From a virus (taxonomy: Duplodnaviria > Caudoviricetes): a stretch of 61,976 bases of DNA. The stretch lies in IMG/VR virus record IMGVR_UViG_3300047300_000894, positions 1-61,976 of that record; one strand, given 5' to 3'. Below the pieces are notes generated by a model. That model saw nothing but the letters and a program-made list of their open reading frames with translations, searched no databases and was not told the DNA's origin. The translations under genes and the position numbers were made by a program. Below, one piece after another: positions 7,820 through 17,495 of this stretch (the stretch's first letter is position 1; the number at the start of each line of letters is the position of its first letter).

Positions 7820-9514
7820 TTATAATGAACGAATTGCTGAACGAAGATTTGTGAAATCATATGTTGCACAATCTCTGTCGAAATCAAGTGCCATATCGAT
7901 TGAATCTAACATTCTTCTCTTCAGTTTATCAAGAGTAAAAATCTTGAGCATATGCTTGTGTAAATCAGATGAAGAATCACATAACATATTCGCCACTTCG
8001 ATGAATGAATCTGTTGGATTGTTTGCCATAATTCGTAACAATCCGATTCGCCATTCCAATGTCTTGATATTCTCTACCAATGGAAAGATTCTGAATTCGA
8101 TTCTCTTGTCCATAATCTTAACTGCTTGGTATTTTGTGTTTACAGAACTCTTCATTCTGTACTTCTCTTTTGCCTCACAATATGTGATGTTAATTCTCTT
8201 CTTGTAGATGGCATAGAACAATGGCATATATCCACTAATCATCTCAAATGTATCTTGTCCACTTGTGTAACTTCTGCTGAAATGGATGTGACCACCACAA
8301 GCTTCCTTGAATCTGCCCAAGTTTGCCTTGTCCTCATTTGAGTCAATCAAGTTAGGGAATCTTGTCTCAATTGCTTTTGCCTCATTGATAAGGTCATCAG
8401 TAAACAATGGATAACAAGGTGATACCAATTCGTATCCGATTGTATCATCAAGACTGCCATCTCTTTCCTTCTTCCATCCGAATTCGTGATAGATTTCATT
8501 TGCTCCATTAACTGCTCCCAATCGTGATTGTTTTTCAATCTCTACACCAATCTTGAATACAACATTCATTGGCATATTGATTGTCTTCACTTGTTGCGAT
8601 GAATGATAACCGAAACGCTCATTTCTAAAGTTACGAGATGCACAATCTACCATATCGTGCGATGCATCTACATCTCTTCTGCAATGTGAACAAAAGACTT
8701 GTGTATATCCATTTGCCACAGCAGATTCTCTGTCGAAATATCTTTTGCCATTGTGCATTGTATTGCGAAATTCTCTGTTGATATTCACCAATTCTGCAGT
8801 TACTTGCAATGGTACAATTTCACCTTCATTGAATCTCCACAATCTTCTTGATTCCATATAGAAATTAACCAATACACCATCCAACATTGTATGAAATTCT
8901 GTCGCAGAATCGATGTGAATTAATCTGTCGCTGTAGGCATCCACTACCAATGAACGATGTGTATTCTGATAGTAAATTGGCAAAGAGAATGAACTAACTT
9001 GTGCCATTCTGATGTAGTCATTTGCATCAACATATGATGGCGAATTGTAGCTACCATTTCTGCTGTATACATATTTCCAATCAGATTCATTCGTACGAAC
9101 TAATCTCAAATCTCCCCACATATTTCTATCAGCTACCTTAAGGTCAATCCATCTGAATTCATCCATTGACCAAACAAATCCCGCATTAAATCGCTGAACT
9201 TCCGAACGGAATGTGTATGTCTTCCCATTGTATTCGATTTGAACTACGGGACTATTACTTGCAGTCAAGGATGCTTTTGAGATGTAATCCCCTCCACCAT
9301 TTGGTGAACGATGGATTCTCAATGCATCTGTCTTCAACACATATGTTGTTTCCCAATCCAAGCCATTCCAATTGGAACAAGCTACGATTTTCTTTTGCTC
9401 ATTTGAATCAGCGACATACACATAATTGTATCTGCTGAAGATTCTGCCATCCATCAATTGCGATGATTCATTTGCATTGATTACTTCCCCGAAGATTGTT
9501 GTTACTTGTGACAT
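7820..9514 (-). CDS. Putative amidoligase (COOH-NH2 ligase fold) with a long N-terminal extension
   Basis: Motifs IGVEIE, DGSL, GYELVSP, CGGHIH, KYQAV and IEFR; adjacent to the GATase-II gene. Confidence 0.85.
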   Translation of the reverse strand: MSQVTTIFGEVINANESSQLMDGRIFSRYNYVYVADSNEQKKIVACSNWNGLDWETTYVLKTDALRIHRSPNGGGDYISKASLTASNSPVVQIEYNGKTYTFRSEVQRFNAGFVWSMDEFRWIDLKVADRNMWGDLRLVRTNESDWKYVYSRNGSYNSPSYVDANDYIRMAQVSSFSLPIYYQNTHRSLVVDAYSDRLIHIDSATEFHTMLDGVLVNFYMESRRLWRFNEGEIVPLQVTAELVNINREFRNTMHNGKRYFDRESAVANGYTQVFCSHCRRDVDASHDMVDCASRNFRNERFGYHSSQQVKTINMPMNVVFKIGVEIEKQSRLGAVNGANEIYHEFGWKKERDGSLDDTIGYELVSPCYPLFTDDLINEAKAIETRFPNLIDSNEDKANLGRFKEACGGHIHFSRSYTSGQDTFEMISGYMPLFYAIYKKRINITYCEAKEKYRMKSSVNTKYQAVKIMDKRIEFRIFPLVENIKTLEWRIGLLRIMANNPTDSFIEVANMLCDSSSDLHKHMLKIFTLDKLKRRMLDSIDMALDFDRDCATYDFTNLRSAIRSL

Positions 9515-9554
9515 AGTTTTAAAATTTTGATTGTTTATGGATTAGTTTAGCTTA

Positions 9555-9839
9555 TCAGTTTTGAGATGCATTATCGATGAAATAATCGAATTCGAATTCT
9601 TCTCTCCATTCGTGAATGGTTTGTTCATCCTTGAATTCTTGCCCATTGTATGTGGCAGTCATTGGTACATCTTCTGCCTTGTCGGATGACAACATCAACA
9701 AGGTGATTCCGTTCATTGTAACCCATCCAATTACACAGATGATTGCTTCAGCGAATGCATTGTGATAGATGCTGAAGAATGACATTGGTAGAAAGATTTG
9801 AGATGCTACCAAGATTGCGATTGTTTCTAACTTTTTCAT
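9555..9839 (-). CDS. Two-TM membrane protein, first gene of the early operon
   Basis: Likely start MKKLETIAIL at 9839, two hydrophobic helices and an acidic tail. Confidence 0.65.
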   Translation of the reverse strand: MKKLETIAILVASQIFLPMSFFSIYHNAFAEAIICVIGWVTMNGITLLMLSSDKAEDVPMTATYNGQEFKDEQTIHEWREEFEFDYFIDNASQN

Positions 9840-9956
9840 TTTGTTTGAATTTAAATTGTTTATGATTTGATTGATTTTGCCATTCGGGATGCTACACTGG
9901 AAATTGTCATTTGGTGAATCTGTTGACCTTGCAGTTTTGCCATCTCTTACGACATT

Positions 9957-9986
9957 CAAATATAACACAAATGATTTAATTTACAA
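9957..9986 (-). promoter_or_regulatory. Bacteroidota sigma70-type promoter TTG-N19-TATATTTG
   Basis: Consensus -33 and -7 elements with 19-bp spacing. Confidence 0.75.
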
Positions 9987-10527
9987 GGGATGTTTGCAGA
10001 TAAATTTTACCTATGCTATAGGTGATTTGTGGTGGCAGATTTTGGTGGGAAAAAATTTTGCTTTCTTGTACCTATGTGATATCGGATTGATGTGGTTATG
10101 GTCTTTTGTTTTATCGGTTATGTTCGAACGGATTGTTCGTTCTCTCCTTGTGTACGATGGGGCAAAAAATTTGAGACATTGTAGGGATCAGACACAAACC
10201 AGTGTTAAAACATTTGTATGAGATCGCAGTAAAATGTGGCTTCAGACATTGGAAATTAGGTTTTTGGATTGCAAAAGCGAAACCCACTCACTTCGGAATT
10301 CTGATTTCGCGAATTTGGTTGACCGGATCCCAATAATATATATAACCCTAAGAGCATAAGCCTACGCTACAAAAAAATAAACACATAGCAAACATAAGCA
10401 CTCGTTACTCGCTACACTTAATCCTTGCCACTACAGACAACTTAAATACATATGCCGACACAACATATCATTTAAGACAAAAATCTTTGCTTACAATCAA
10501 ATGCTATGAAAATTGCTAATAATGCTA

Positions 10528-10535
10528 TAACTTTG
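10528..10535 (+). promoter_or_regulatory. -7 element TAACTTTG at the head of the late block
   Basis: TAnnTTTG 26 bp before the ATG at 10562. Confidence 0.6.
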
Positions 10536-10561
10536 GATTTATATAACCAAACAGAATAATT

Positions 10562-11209
10562 ATGCTATCATACGAGCTTACTCAAGCATCGCCCAACTCT
10601 TTGATTGTAGAGATTGGTGCACAGTACGATGACACAGTTCAATATGGGTCATTGCAAATATTTATAGACCCTTTATTTAAACCCACACACAACGCAAGGA
10701 TATATGGAATTGTTAAAGCAGTACCTAAAGGAAAGTGCTATAATGAGGATGGTTTTGAAATTGAAACAGATGTACGGGTGGGTGACAAAGTATACTTCCA
10801 CTACCTTGCTACATTCGATGAGAATGCTTGTGTATATGGTAACTATTATCGCATTCCTTACTGCTGGATTTTTTGCGTTGTCAGGGACTCTGATATTATA
10901 CCTATTGGTGGGTGGACGTTCTGCGAGAAGATTGTTGAAAATGAAGATGAATTTGAGGAGGTAGAGGTTGATGGAATAAAGATTTCAGCGGTCAAAAATT
11001 CTTTTGGTCTCATTACATCTGTCGCAAAAAAAGACTCGATTAAGAAGGCAAGATTAGCACATATTGGGAAACCATTAAAAAATGTTGATGCACTTGATGT
11101 GAAAGCAGGTGAAATTGTTGTAATAGATAAGAATACAAACTTTGAAAATGTGATTGAAGGAAAAACCTACTATACGATACGCCAAGGTGATATTTTATGT
11201 AAAAACTAA
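10562..11209 (+). CDS. GroES/Cpn10-like co-chaperonin with two tandem domains
   Basis: Domain 1 GIVKAVPKG...VRVGDKVYF; domain 2 ARLAHIG...VKAGEIVV...IEGKTYYTIRQGDIL. Confidence 0.75.
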   Translation: MLSYELTQASPNSLIVEIGAQYDDTVQYGSLQIFIDPLFKPTHNARIYGIVKAVPKGKCYNEDGFEIETDVRVGDKVYFHYLATFDENACVYGNYYRIPYCWIFCVVRDSDIIPIGGWTFCEKIVENEDEFEEVEVDGIKISAVKNSFGLITSVAKKDSIKKARLAHIGKPLKNVDALDVKAGEIVVIDKNTNFENVIEGKTYYTIRQGDILCKN

Positions 11210-11390
11210 AACATTTGTAGATGCTTCTATACAATCACTAAAACATTTGTAGATGCTTCTATAGCATCAGGGGGGTGATTGCCCGCCATCAGGGGGGTGA
11301 TTCTATAGCATCACCATAATATTAAATATAATATAAGACTTAATATAAAAAAGTATATGCTCAATTTTTTTTTGAGATAAGAAAAAAAGG
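11205..11390. repeat. 27-bp tandem repeat, second iteron cluster and AT-rich tract
   Basis: ACTAAAACATTTGTAGATGCTTCTATA at 11205 and 11237. 16-bp units at 11222, 11254, 11276 and 11298, with G6 spacers at 11270 and 11292. Confidence 0.9.
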
Positions 11391-11476
11391 GTTTATCCCT
11401 AAAAGATGAAAAAGAAAAAAGGTTAAGTTTCGCCGCTCGCCTGCCGACCTGACCTCCGCCCAAACAAGATATAGAT

Positions 11477-12040
11477 ATGGCATTATTTTTAGATACTGAC
11501 TTTGATGATTTAACACTTAATGTGTTGGATAAAAACCTTAATAAGAATCCACTTGTTAAGCAGATATTTGGTGAAGGAGTTTCATCGATGGATTTGAATA
11601 TTATTAAGTACATAGTTTTGCTATACGATGTCAAGTCTCCATTAAGATTGAAGATACCTGATATTATTAACAGAAAGGAGGAGTGTGCAGAGATGGTTGG
11701 GTTGAAGTCGGGTCGTGAAGAATTATTTGATTTAAGCCACCCAAAAGTATTGGGGTATATAAACCAGTACCTACGATATCAATCGTCGAAGGTGTGGTCA
11801 GTATTGATGGCTAACGAGGAGGTACTGTGGCAGTATCAGAACGAACTGTTAACTCCGATTACACAGTTCAAGACCGACAAAGATAAACTACAAGCACTTG
11901 AGATTAAGTCAAAGTTGATGGCTGAATGCGATGCTATTATTAAACGCATTGAGTCGTATGAGGAGAAGTTATTTGGCGACAACAAGGAGAAGAAGGATCA
12001 GATATTAAATATGACCCCCGAAGCAATAGCAAATGTATAG
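11477..12040 (+). CDS. Probable terminase small subunit
   Basis: Helical 187-aa protein overlapping the TerL start; call is positional. Confidence 0.5.
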   Translation: MALFLDTDFDDLTLNVLDKNLNKNPLVKQIFGEGVSSMDLNIIKYIVLLYDVKSPLRLKIPDIINRKEECAEMVGLKSGREELFDLSHPKVLGYINQYLRYQSSKVWSVLMANEEVLWQYQNELLTPITQFKTDKDKLQALEIKSKLMAECDAIIKRIESYEEKLFGDNKEKKDQILNMTPEAIANV

Positions 12041-14042
12041 AGAGCATAAGAATTGTAAGAAGTTAGAAATCAATGGGATTACAGTTAATATACCTCCTAT
12101 TGGTATGGTATATAATGTCCTAACGAATGCGTGGGAGAAGAGAGAACCTATTAAGCGTTCGATGCGTAAGGAGAATCAATATTGGGAACGACAACAACCT
12201 CCAAAAGATTATGAACAAAAACGAAAGAAAGAAATTTCTACACAAAAGCAGAACCCAGACTACTACAACCCCGAACTGCAAAACTACCGTAACCAAGAGT
12301 GGGATAGAAGACTTAATGGTTTTTGGTTTTATAATAATGGTCACGCTACTTATATTACTGGTCTGCATTACTTTTATTTAACACATTGGAAGCTTGATGT
12401 TGGATACCCAGAATTTAGGATGACCGATGTTCACTTTTTTTACTTTTTGGAATACTGTATCCAAGACCCACGCAGTTTGGGGATGATTGAGGTGACAAAG
12501 CGTCGCCAAGGTAAGACTATGCGGGCGGGGGCTTTTTTATTTGAGCTCACATCCAGAAGTAAGAATAAAAATGCGGGTATCCAATCAAAGACATTTGAAG
12601 ATGCAAAAGAGCAAGTCTTTCAAAAGGGGGTGATTATGCCATTTAAATACCTGCCCGATTTTTTTGTACCAATTTACGATACAGAAAAGGGTATGACACC
12701 CAAAGGTGAGCTTCGTTTCTTCAAGACAAATAAGCGTGGTGCTGTAGAAGACAACTTTGATAAGAAAATTGAATTAGAATCAACTATAACTTTTAAATCT
12801 TCTGATAAATTTTCTTACGATGGAACGAAACTGCACCGATACCTTGCCGATGAGGCGGGTAAGACTAAAAATGTCGATGTATACGAAAGACACCAAGTTG
12901 TTCAATTCTGTTTACAACAGGAAGAACATATTATTGGCAAAGCGTTATACACGACAACAGTCGAGGAGATGGAAGATGGTGGTGCTGCGTTTAAACGACT
13001 TTGGATGGCATCTGACCAGCAACAGCGAGATAAGAATGGAAGAACTATGTCTGGTCTTTATCAATATTTTATGCCAGCATATAAAACGCTTTATTATGAC
13101 AAGTATGGGTTTGCTGACGAAGAAAGAGCGAAGGAACACTATATGAATGCCCGTGAAGCGTTGATGAGTGACCCAAGAGCTTTGGCTTCATATATCCGTA
13201 AGAATCCATTTACTATTGAGGAGGCGTTCTTCAGCGAAGGGGAGACTTGTTTGTATGATGCAATGGCAATTAACAGACAACTTGAATCGATATCGTGGAT
13301 TGACAAAAAAGAACTATATTTGCGTGGAGAATTTATTTGGGATGGAGGAGTTCGGGATTCCAAAGTTGTGTTTAAAGAGTCGTCTAATGGGAAGTTTCTT
13401 GTTTTAAAAGAAGCAAAGCCATTTGATACGGATGCTTACAACCAAGTAGAGGAGTTTGGGACTAAAAAGATTCCCAAGGCAAAGACTAAGTACGCAATCG
13501 GAGTTGACCCCTTCGACCATTCAATCACAACAAGTAATGAACGCTCTGATGGAGCAGCATACGTCTATAGGCGTTTTGATGCAACAGATGAGTTGAGCGA
13601 AACATTCTTGGTGGAATATTTGAACAGACCTGACAAGGCAGAAATATTTTACGAGGATATGATTAAGCTCTGCCATTTCTTTGGTTGTGATATTTTATCG
13701 GAGGATCAAAAGATTGGATTGATTAAGTATTTTGAGTACCGTGGGTATGAGAAATTTTTAGTTAAAATGCCGAATTCGACAAAGTACGGTATTTCTGCAA
13801 GCACAAAGGTGCATCAGCAGATAGCAGAGGAGACAGAAAGCTATGTGATGGATAACTTACATAAAGTAAAATTTCCAAATCTTTTAGAGGACTGGTTGCA
13901 CTTTGATATAAAAAATACTACTAAATTTGATGCGGCAATGGCAAGTGGTTACACTTTAATTTCTGCGAGTAAATCAAAGTTTGCCCAAAAGATTGAACAA
14001 CAACAAAAACTATATGAAATACGAGATGTATTTCCGTTTTAA
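12033..14042 (+). CDS. terL: Terminase large subunit
   Basis: Walker A KRRQGKT, Walker B YLADEAGK, nuclease motif IGVDP and a C-terminal FDAAMA. Confidence 0.9.
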   Translation: MYREHKNCKKLEINGITVNIPPIGMVYNVLTNAWEKREPIKRSMRKENQYWERQQPPKDYEQKRKKEISTQKQNPDYYNPELQNYRNQEWDRRLNGFWFYNNGHATYITGLHYFYLTHWKLDVGYPEFRMTDVHFFYFLEYCIQDPRSLGMIEVTKRRQGKTMRAGAFLFELTSRSKNKNAGIQSKTFEDAKEQVFQKGVIMPFKYLPDFFVPIYDTEKGMTPKGELRFFKTNKRGAVEDNFDKKIELESTITFKSSDKFSYDGTKLHRYLADEAGKTKNVDVYERHQVVQFCLQQEEHIIGKALYTTTVEEMEDGGAAFKRLWMASDQQQRDKNGRTMSGLYQYFMPAYKTLYYDKYGFADEERAKEHYMNAREALMSDPRALASYIRKNPFTIEEAFFSEGETCLYDAMAINRQLESISWIDKKELYLRGEFIWDGGVRDSKVVFKESSNGKFLVLKEAKPFDTDAYNQVEEFGTKKIPKAKTKYAIGVDPFDHSITTSNERSDGAAYVYRRFDATDELSETFLVEYLNRPDKAEIFYEDMIKLCHFFGCDILSEDQKIGLIKYFEYRGYEKFLVKMPNSTKYGISASTKVHQQIAEETESYVMDNLHKVKFPNLLEDWLHFDIKNTTKFDAAMASGYTLISASKSKFAQKIEQQQKLYEIRDVFPF

Positions 14043-14044
14043 TT

Positions 14045-16354
14045 ATGGACAATAACGATAACCAATATCTTGGCTTTCCCAGCCATCTAATTGATTCCTC
14101 ACAGAAGGATAAGAAATGGATAGCTCAATATCTTAAAGCTGCTTGGCGAGATTTTTCTACCTACTACCCTAACCAACTTTACAATGGTCGTGACAAGTAC
14201 CACGAAACAAAGTTGTATATGCTTGGTAAGCAGTCAGTTACGAGGTACAAAAAATTATTTCAACCAAGCCAAACCGCCAACGAAGATCAGTCGTGGATTA
14301 ATATTAACTGGGACATCCTCCCTATTATTCCAAAGTTTCGTAGAATTGCTCTTGCTACATTATTAAAATCCGACTACAGTATTTCTGTAGATGCAATTGA
14401 CCCAGCGGCTCAAGACGACAAGAAAGAGTTTTATGCAAAAAATGCCGCAGCACTAACATTAAAAGAGGAGTTTGAAAAACAAGGACTTGACCCATCGTTA
14501 GTCCCTAACCCAGAGGTTGATGCGGCAAACCTTAAGGAGCTTGATATGTATATGAACTATTCATATAAGCATAGAATGGCTATTGAAATGGAGCAAGCAC
14601 TACAACTTGTGTTCTCTCAAAACAAACTTGAGCAACAGAGAGAAAAGGTTATTGAAGATTTGGTCGATATCGGAATATCTGGGTACAAAGATTATATCGA
14701 TGCTTCGGGGAATATTAAGACTCGCCATATATCTCCATCGAATTTAGTTATGTCATACTCTATTGACCCTCAATTTGAGGATGTTCAATACTTAGGTGAG
14801 GTAATTGAAATCACAATTTCAGACTTAAAAGAAATTGCTGGGGACGAAATAACGGAAGCTCAATATGAGATGATTGCTGAAAAATACCAAAACAAACTTG
14901 GTAACCCTGTCTTATTAAAGAATGTTAACTCAAATATGAACCGTAACTACGATGGTTTCCGTATTCGGGTTTTAGATTTAGAGTTTTATTCAACAAATCA
15001 ACTTATCCTTGAGGAGCGTACAAACTCAAAAGGAAACTTGGTTGTAGGTAGAGCTGCAAAAGCAAAAGCAAATCGCTCCGACAAAAAATACAGCAAGACA
15101 GATTATAAGGTAGTTTATCAAGGAAAATGGATTATTGATTCAGAAATTTTCTTTGATTGCAAGCTTGCTACGAATATGAAGCGTTCAAAGTCAGACTTGA
15201 CTAACACGACTTTATCTTACCACGTTGTAGCTCCACAAATCTACCAAATGAATACATATTCTTTGGGCGAGCAAATGAAGCCTATTGCGGACCAGATTCA
15301 GATGGCTTGGTACAAGTTGCAGAATGTTATGCTTCGTGCAAGACCAAGAGGTATTATGATTGAGCTTGGGGCTTTAGAAAACGTACCTTTGGGTCGTGGA
15401 GGTAGAGCATTAAAGCCAATGGAGATTATTGACTTGTACAATCAAACAGGTAACCTTGTTTATCGTAGATTAAACGAAGAGGGTAACGCAAGTAACTACA
15501 AGCCAATTGAGGAATTAGATAATGGTATTGGCAGCGAGGCTGTGCAATATTTTAATATCATCACAAATAACATTCAGTTGTTGCGTGATATCCTTGGTTT
15601 TAACGAAATCACAGATGGATCAACACCTGACCCTCGTACACTAAAGGGTGTGGCTAAGTATGCATCTGAGTCAACTAACAACTCACTTGACTTTATCAAG
15701 CGAGCAGAGCGTAATTTGCTCGAAAGATTAGCGTACTCATTAACATTGCGTATCCAAGATAGTGCTTCAAACGGCACTATTGATGGGTTTATTCGTGCAT
15801 TAGGCTCAAGTACAGTACAGTTCTTTAAGTTAGACCCAAATGTTTCTGCATATGAATGTGGTTTGGTTATTCAACAAAAACCTACAGAAGCTGAACTTGA
15901 AAAGCTATCAAGAAGAATTGAGCAAGCAATTCAGTCTGGACAAATCACATTAGCAGATGCTATGATGATCGAAAACTTGGATAATTTAAAATATGCCGAG
16001 GTGATGCTTGCTTACAGAATCTCAAAGAACCAAGATGAGGCTCAAAAACGTGCAATGGAACAACAACAAATGAACGGACAGATTCAGCAACAATCTGCAA
16101 TTACTGCCGCTCAAGCACAGCAACAAACAGCACAACTTGAAGGACAAATTAAAATGGCTGTTATCCAAAAGGAGAAAGAGCTTGAAGCACAAATGCTTGC
16201 AATGAAACTTCAAATGGAAGCCCAAATTGAGCAAATGAAAGTTGAAGGAAAGATTAATATGAGTAAAATTGAGGCTGACTCAAGAGAATATATTGCACAG
16301 ATTAAAAAGTCTGGGGAGAAATCTACTCCTAAAGTTGCAGATAATGAAAAATAG
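14045..16354 (+). CDS. Portal protein (large crAss/P22-like, Gln-rich C-terminal coiled coil)
   Basis: Follows TerL, 769 aa, WDILPIIPKF motif and a coiled-coil tail. Confidence 0.85.
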   Translation: MDNNDNQYLGFPSHLIDSSQKDKKWIAQYLKAAWRDFSTYYPNQLYNGRDKYHETKLYMLGKQSVTRYKKLFQPSQTANEDQSWININWDILPIIPKFRRIALATLLKSDYSISVDAIDPAAQDDKKEFYAKNAAALTLKEEFEKQGLDPSLVPNPEVDAANLKELDMYMNYSYKHRMAIEMEQALQLVFSQNKLEQQREKVIEDLVDIGISGYKDYIDASGNIKTRHISPSNLVMSYSIDPQFEDVQYLGEVIEITISDLKEIAGDEITEAQYEMIAEKYQNKLGNPVLLKNVNSNMNRNYDGFRIRVLDLEFYSTNQLILEERTNSKGNLVVGRAAKAKANRSDKKYSKTDYKVVYQGKWIIDSEIFFDCKLATNMKRSKSDLTNTTLSYHVVAPQIYQMNTYSLGEQMKPIADQIQMAWYKLQNVMLRARPRGIMIELGALENVPLGRGGRALKPMEIIDLYNQTGNLVYRRLNEEGNASNYKPIEELDNGIGSEAVQYFNIITNNIQLLRDILGFNEITDGSTPDPRTLKGVAKYASESTNNSLDFIKRAERNLLERLAYSLTLRIQDSASNGTIDGFIRALGSSTVQFFKLDPNVSAYECGLVIQQKPTEAELEKLSRRIEQAIQSGQITLADAMMIENLDNLKYAEVMLAYRISKNQDEAQKRAMEQQQMNGQIQQQSAITAAQAQQQTAQLEGQIKMAVIQKEKELEAQMLAMKLQMEAQIEQMKVEGKINMSKIEADSREYIAQIKKSGEKSTPKVADNEK

Positions 16355-16366
16355 TTTATAGTTTTG
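16335..16366 (+). promoter_or_regulatory. Promoter TTG-N21-TAGTTTTG
   Basis: Consensus match upstream of the scaffold and capsid genes. Confidence 0.6.
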
Positions 16367-16386
16367 TGTAACCAAACAAGAAAAAT

Positions 16387-17469
16387 ATGGCAGAGCCAAT
16401 TAATTTAGATGAACTGTTAGATAAAAATGAAACAGTAATTAATGAGACAACGGAAACATCAGATATCGAATCGACTGATATCGCAGATAATTCTGCTGAA
16501 GGCGAAGGAGTTAATGATGTTGTTGAAAATAATGATTCTCAAAACGATGAGAATCTGATAGAAGAAAATGCAGAGGTAAGCGAATCTGAGGAAGAGGTAT
16601 ATGTTAAGACAGACATAAGTAGCGATGAAGCTACCGAAACTGAGACAACTGACCACGACCAAGAGGAAAAGCCTGCTTCTACAGAGTATAAATTCAAGGA
16701 TGACTTCATTAAGAAGGCAGTAGAGTATTACGAGACGTATGGGACTTTACAACCTTTCTTAGAAGCCACCCAAATGGACTACGATGCTATTGCTGACGAG
16801 GAATTATTAAGAATTAAATTTGATAAGGAAAATTCTGACCTAAGTCCTAAAGCAAGAGAGAGAATGTTCCAAAAGGAACTTGAAAAGTACAACCTTGATT
16901 CTTACGAAGAAGAAGATGTTGAGATCGGTCAAGCATTATTAAAGCGAGATGCAAACAAGCTAAGACAGAGCCTCAAAGAAGAGCAATCGCAATTCTTACA
17001 GTCTATCCAATCGCAGAACCAAGAACAAAATCAAGCTTCACAAGAAGAACTTGCTGCTCAACAAGCACAATTAAAGCAAGTTGCAGAAAGTGGAGTAAAA
17101 AGTGTACTAAAAGACAACTTTATTAAAGTATCTGCTAACGGAGAAGGTATTAACTTCCAAGTTGCAAATCCAGAAAAAGTTGTTGATTTTGCACTTGATT
17201 CAACTCAATTTTTGTCAAACTTCTCGAAAGGAGATGGTAGTATTGATTGGGATAAATGGGTTAAAGTAGTCGCATTTACTGAGAACCCAGACTTATTTGT
17301 CGGTGAACTAATTAAGCACGGCAAATCCTTGGGCAGAAAAGCGATGGAAGCTGAGTTGAAAAATGTCACACCAAGTGTGAAATCAAAAGCTGTCGTAGAA
17401 GAAGGTAGTGATAATCCTTTTGACGACAAAATTGGTTTCCTTCGTGGTATGACAGTAACAAGGAAATAA
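16387..17469 (+). CDS. Putative capsid scaffolding protein
   Basis: Very acidic N-terminus and helical body, located between portal and capsid. Confidence 0.65.
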   Translation: MAEPINLDELLDKNETVINETTETSDIESTDIADNSAEGEGVNDVVENNDSQNDENLIEENAEVSESEEEVYVKTDISSDEATETETTDHDQEEKPASTEYKFKDDFIKKAVEYYETYGTLQPFLEATQMDYDAIADEELLRIKFDKENSDLSPKARERMFQKELEKYNLDSYEEEDVEIGQALLKRDANKLRQSLKEEQSQFLQSIQSQNQEQNQASQEELAAQQAQLKQVAESGVKSVLKDNFIKVSANGEGINFQVANPEKVVDFALDSTQFLSNFSKGDGSIDWDKWVKVVAFTENPDLFVGELIKHGKSLGRKAMEAELKNVTPSVKSKAVVEEGSDNPFDDKIGFLRGMTVTRK

Positions 17470-17495
17470 ATTACTAACTACTAAAGATTACTAAA

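Noticed and set aside
9871-10221. 116-aa plus-strand ORF
   Set aside because: TTG start, overlap with the early promoter, and hydrophobicity explained by T-rich non-coding DNA.
11311-11634. Antisense ORFs such as this one and those within the fibre and giant genes
   Set aside because: They are shadow frames of well-supported genes or of biased non-coding sequence, with no independent support.
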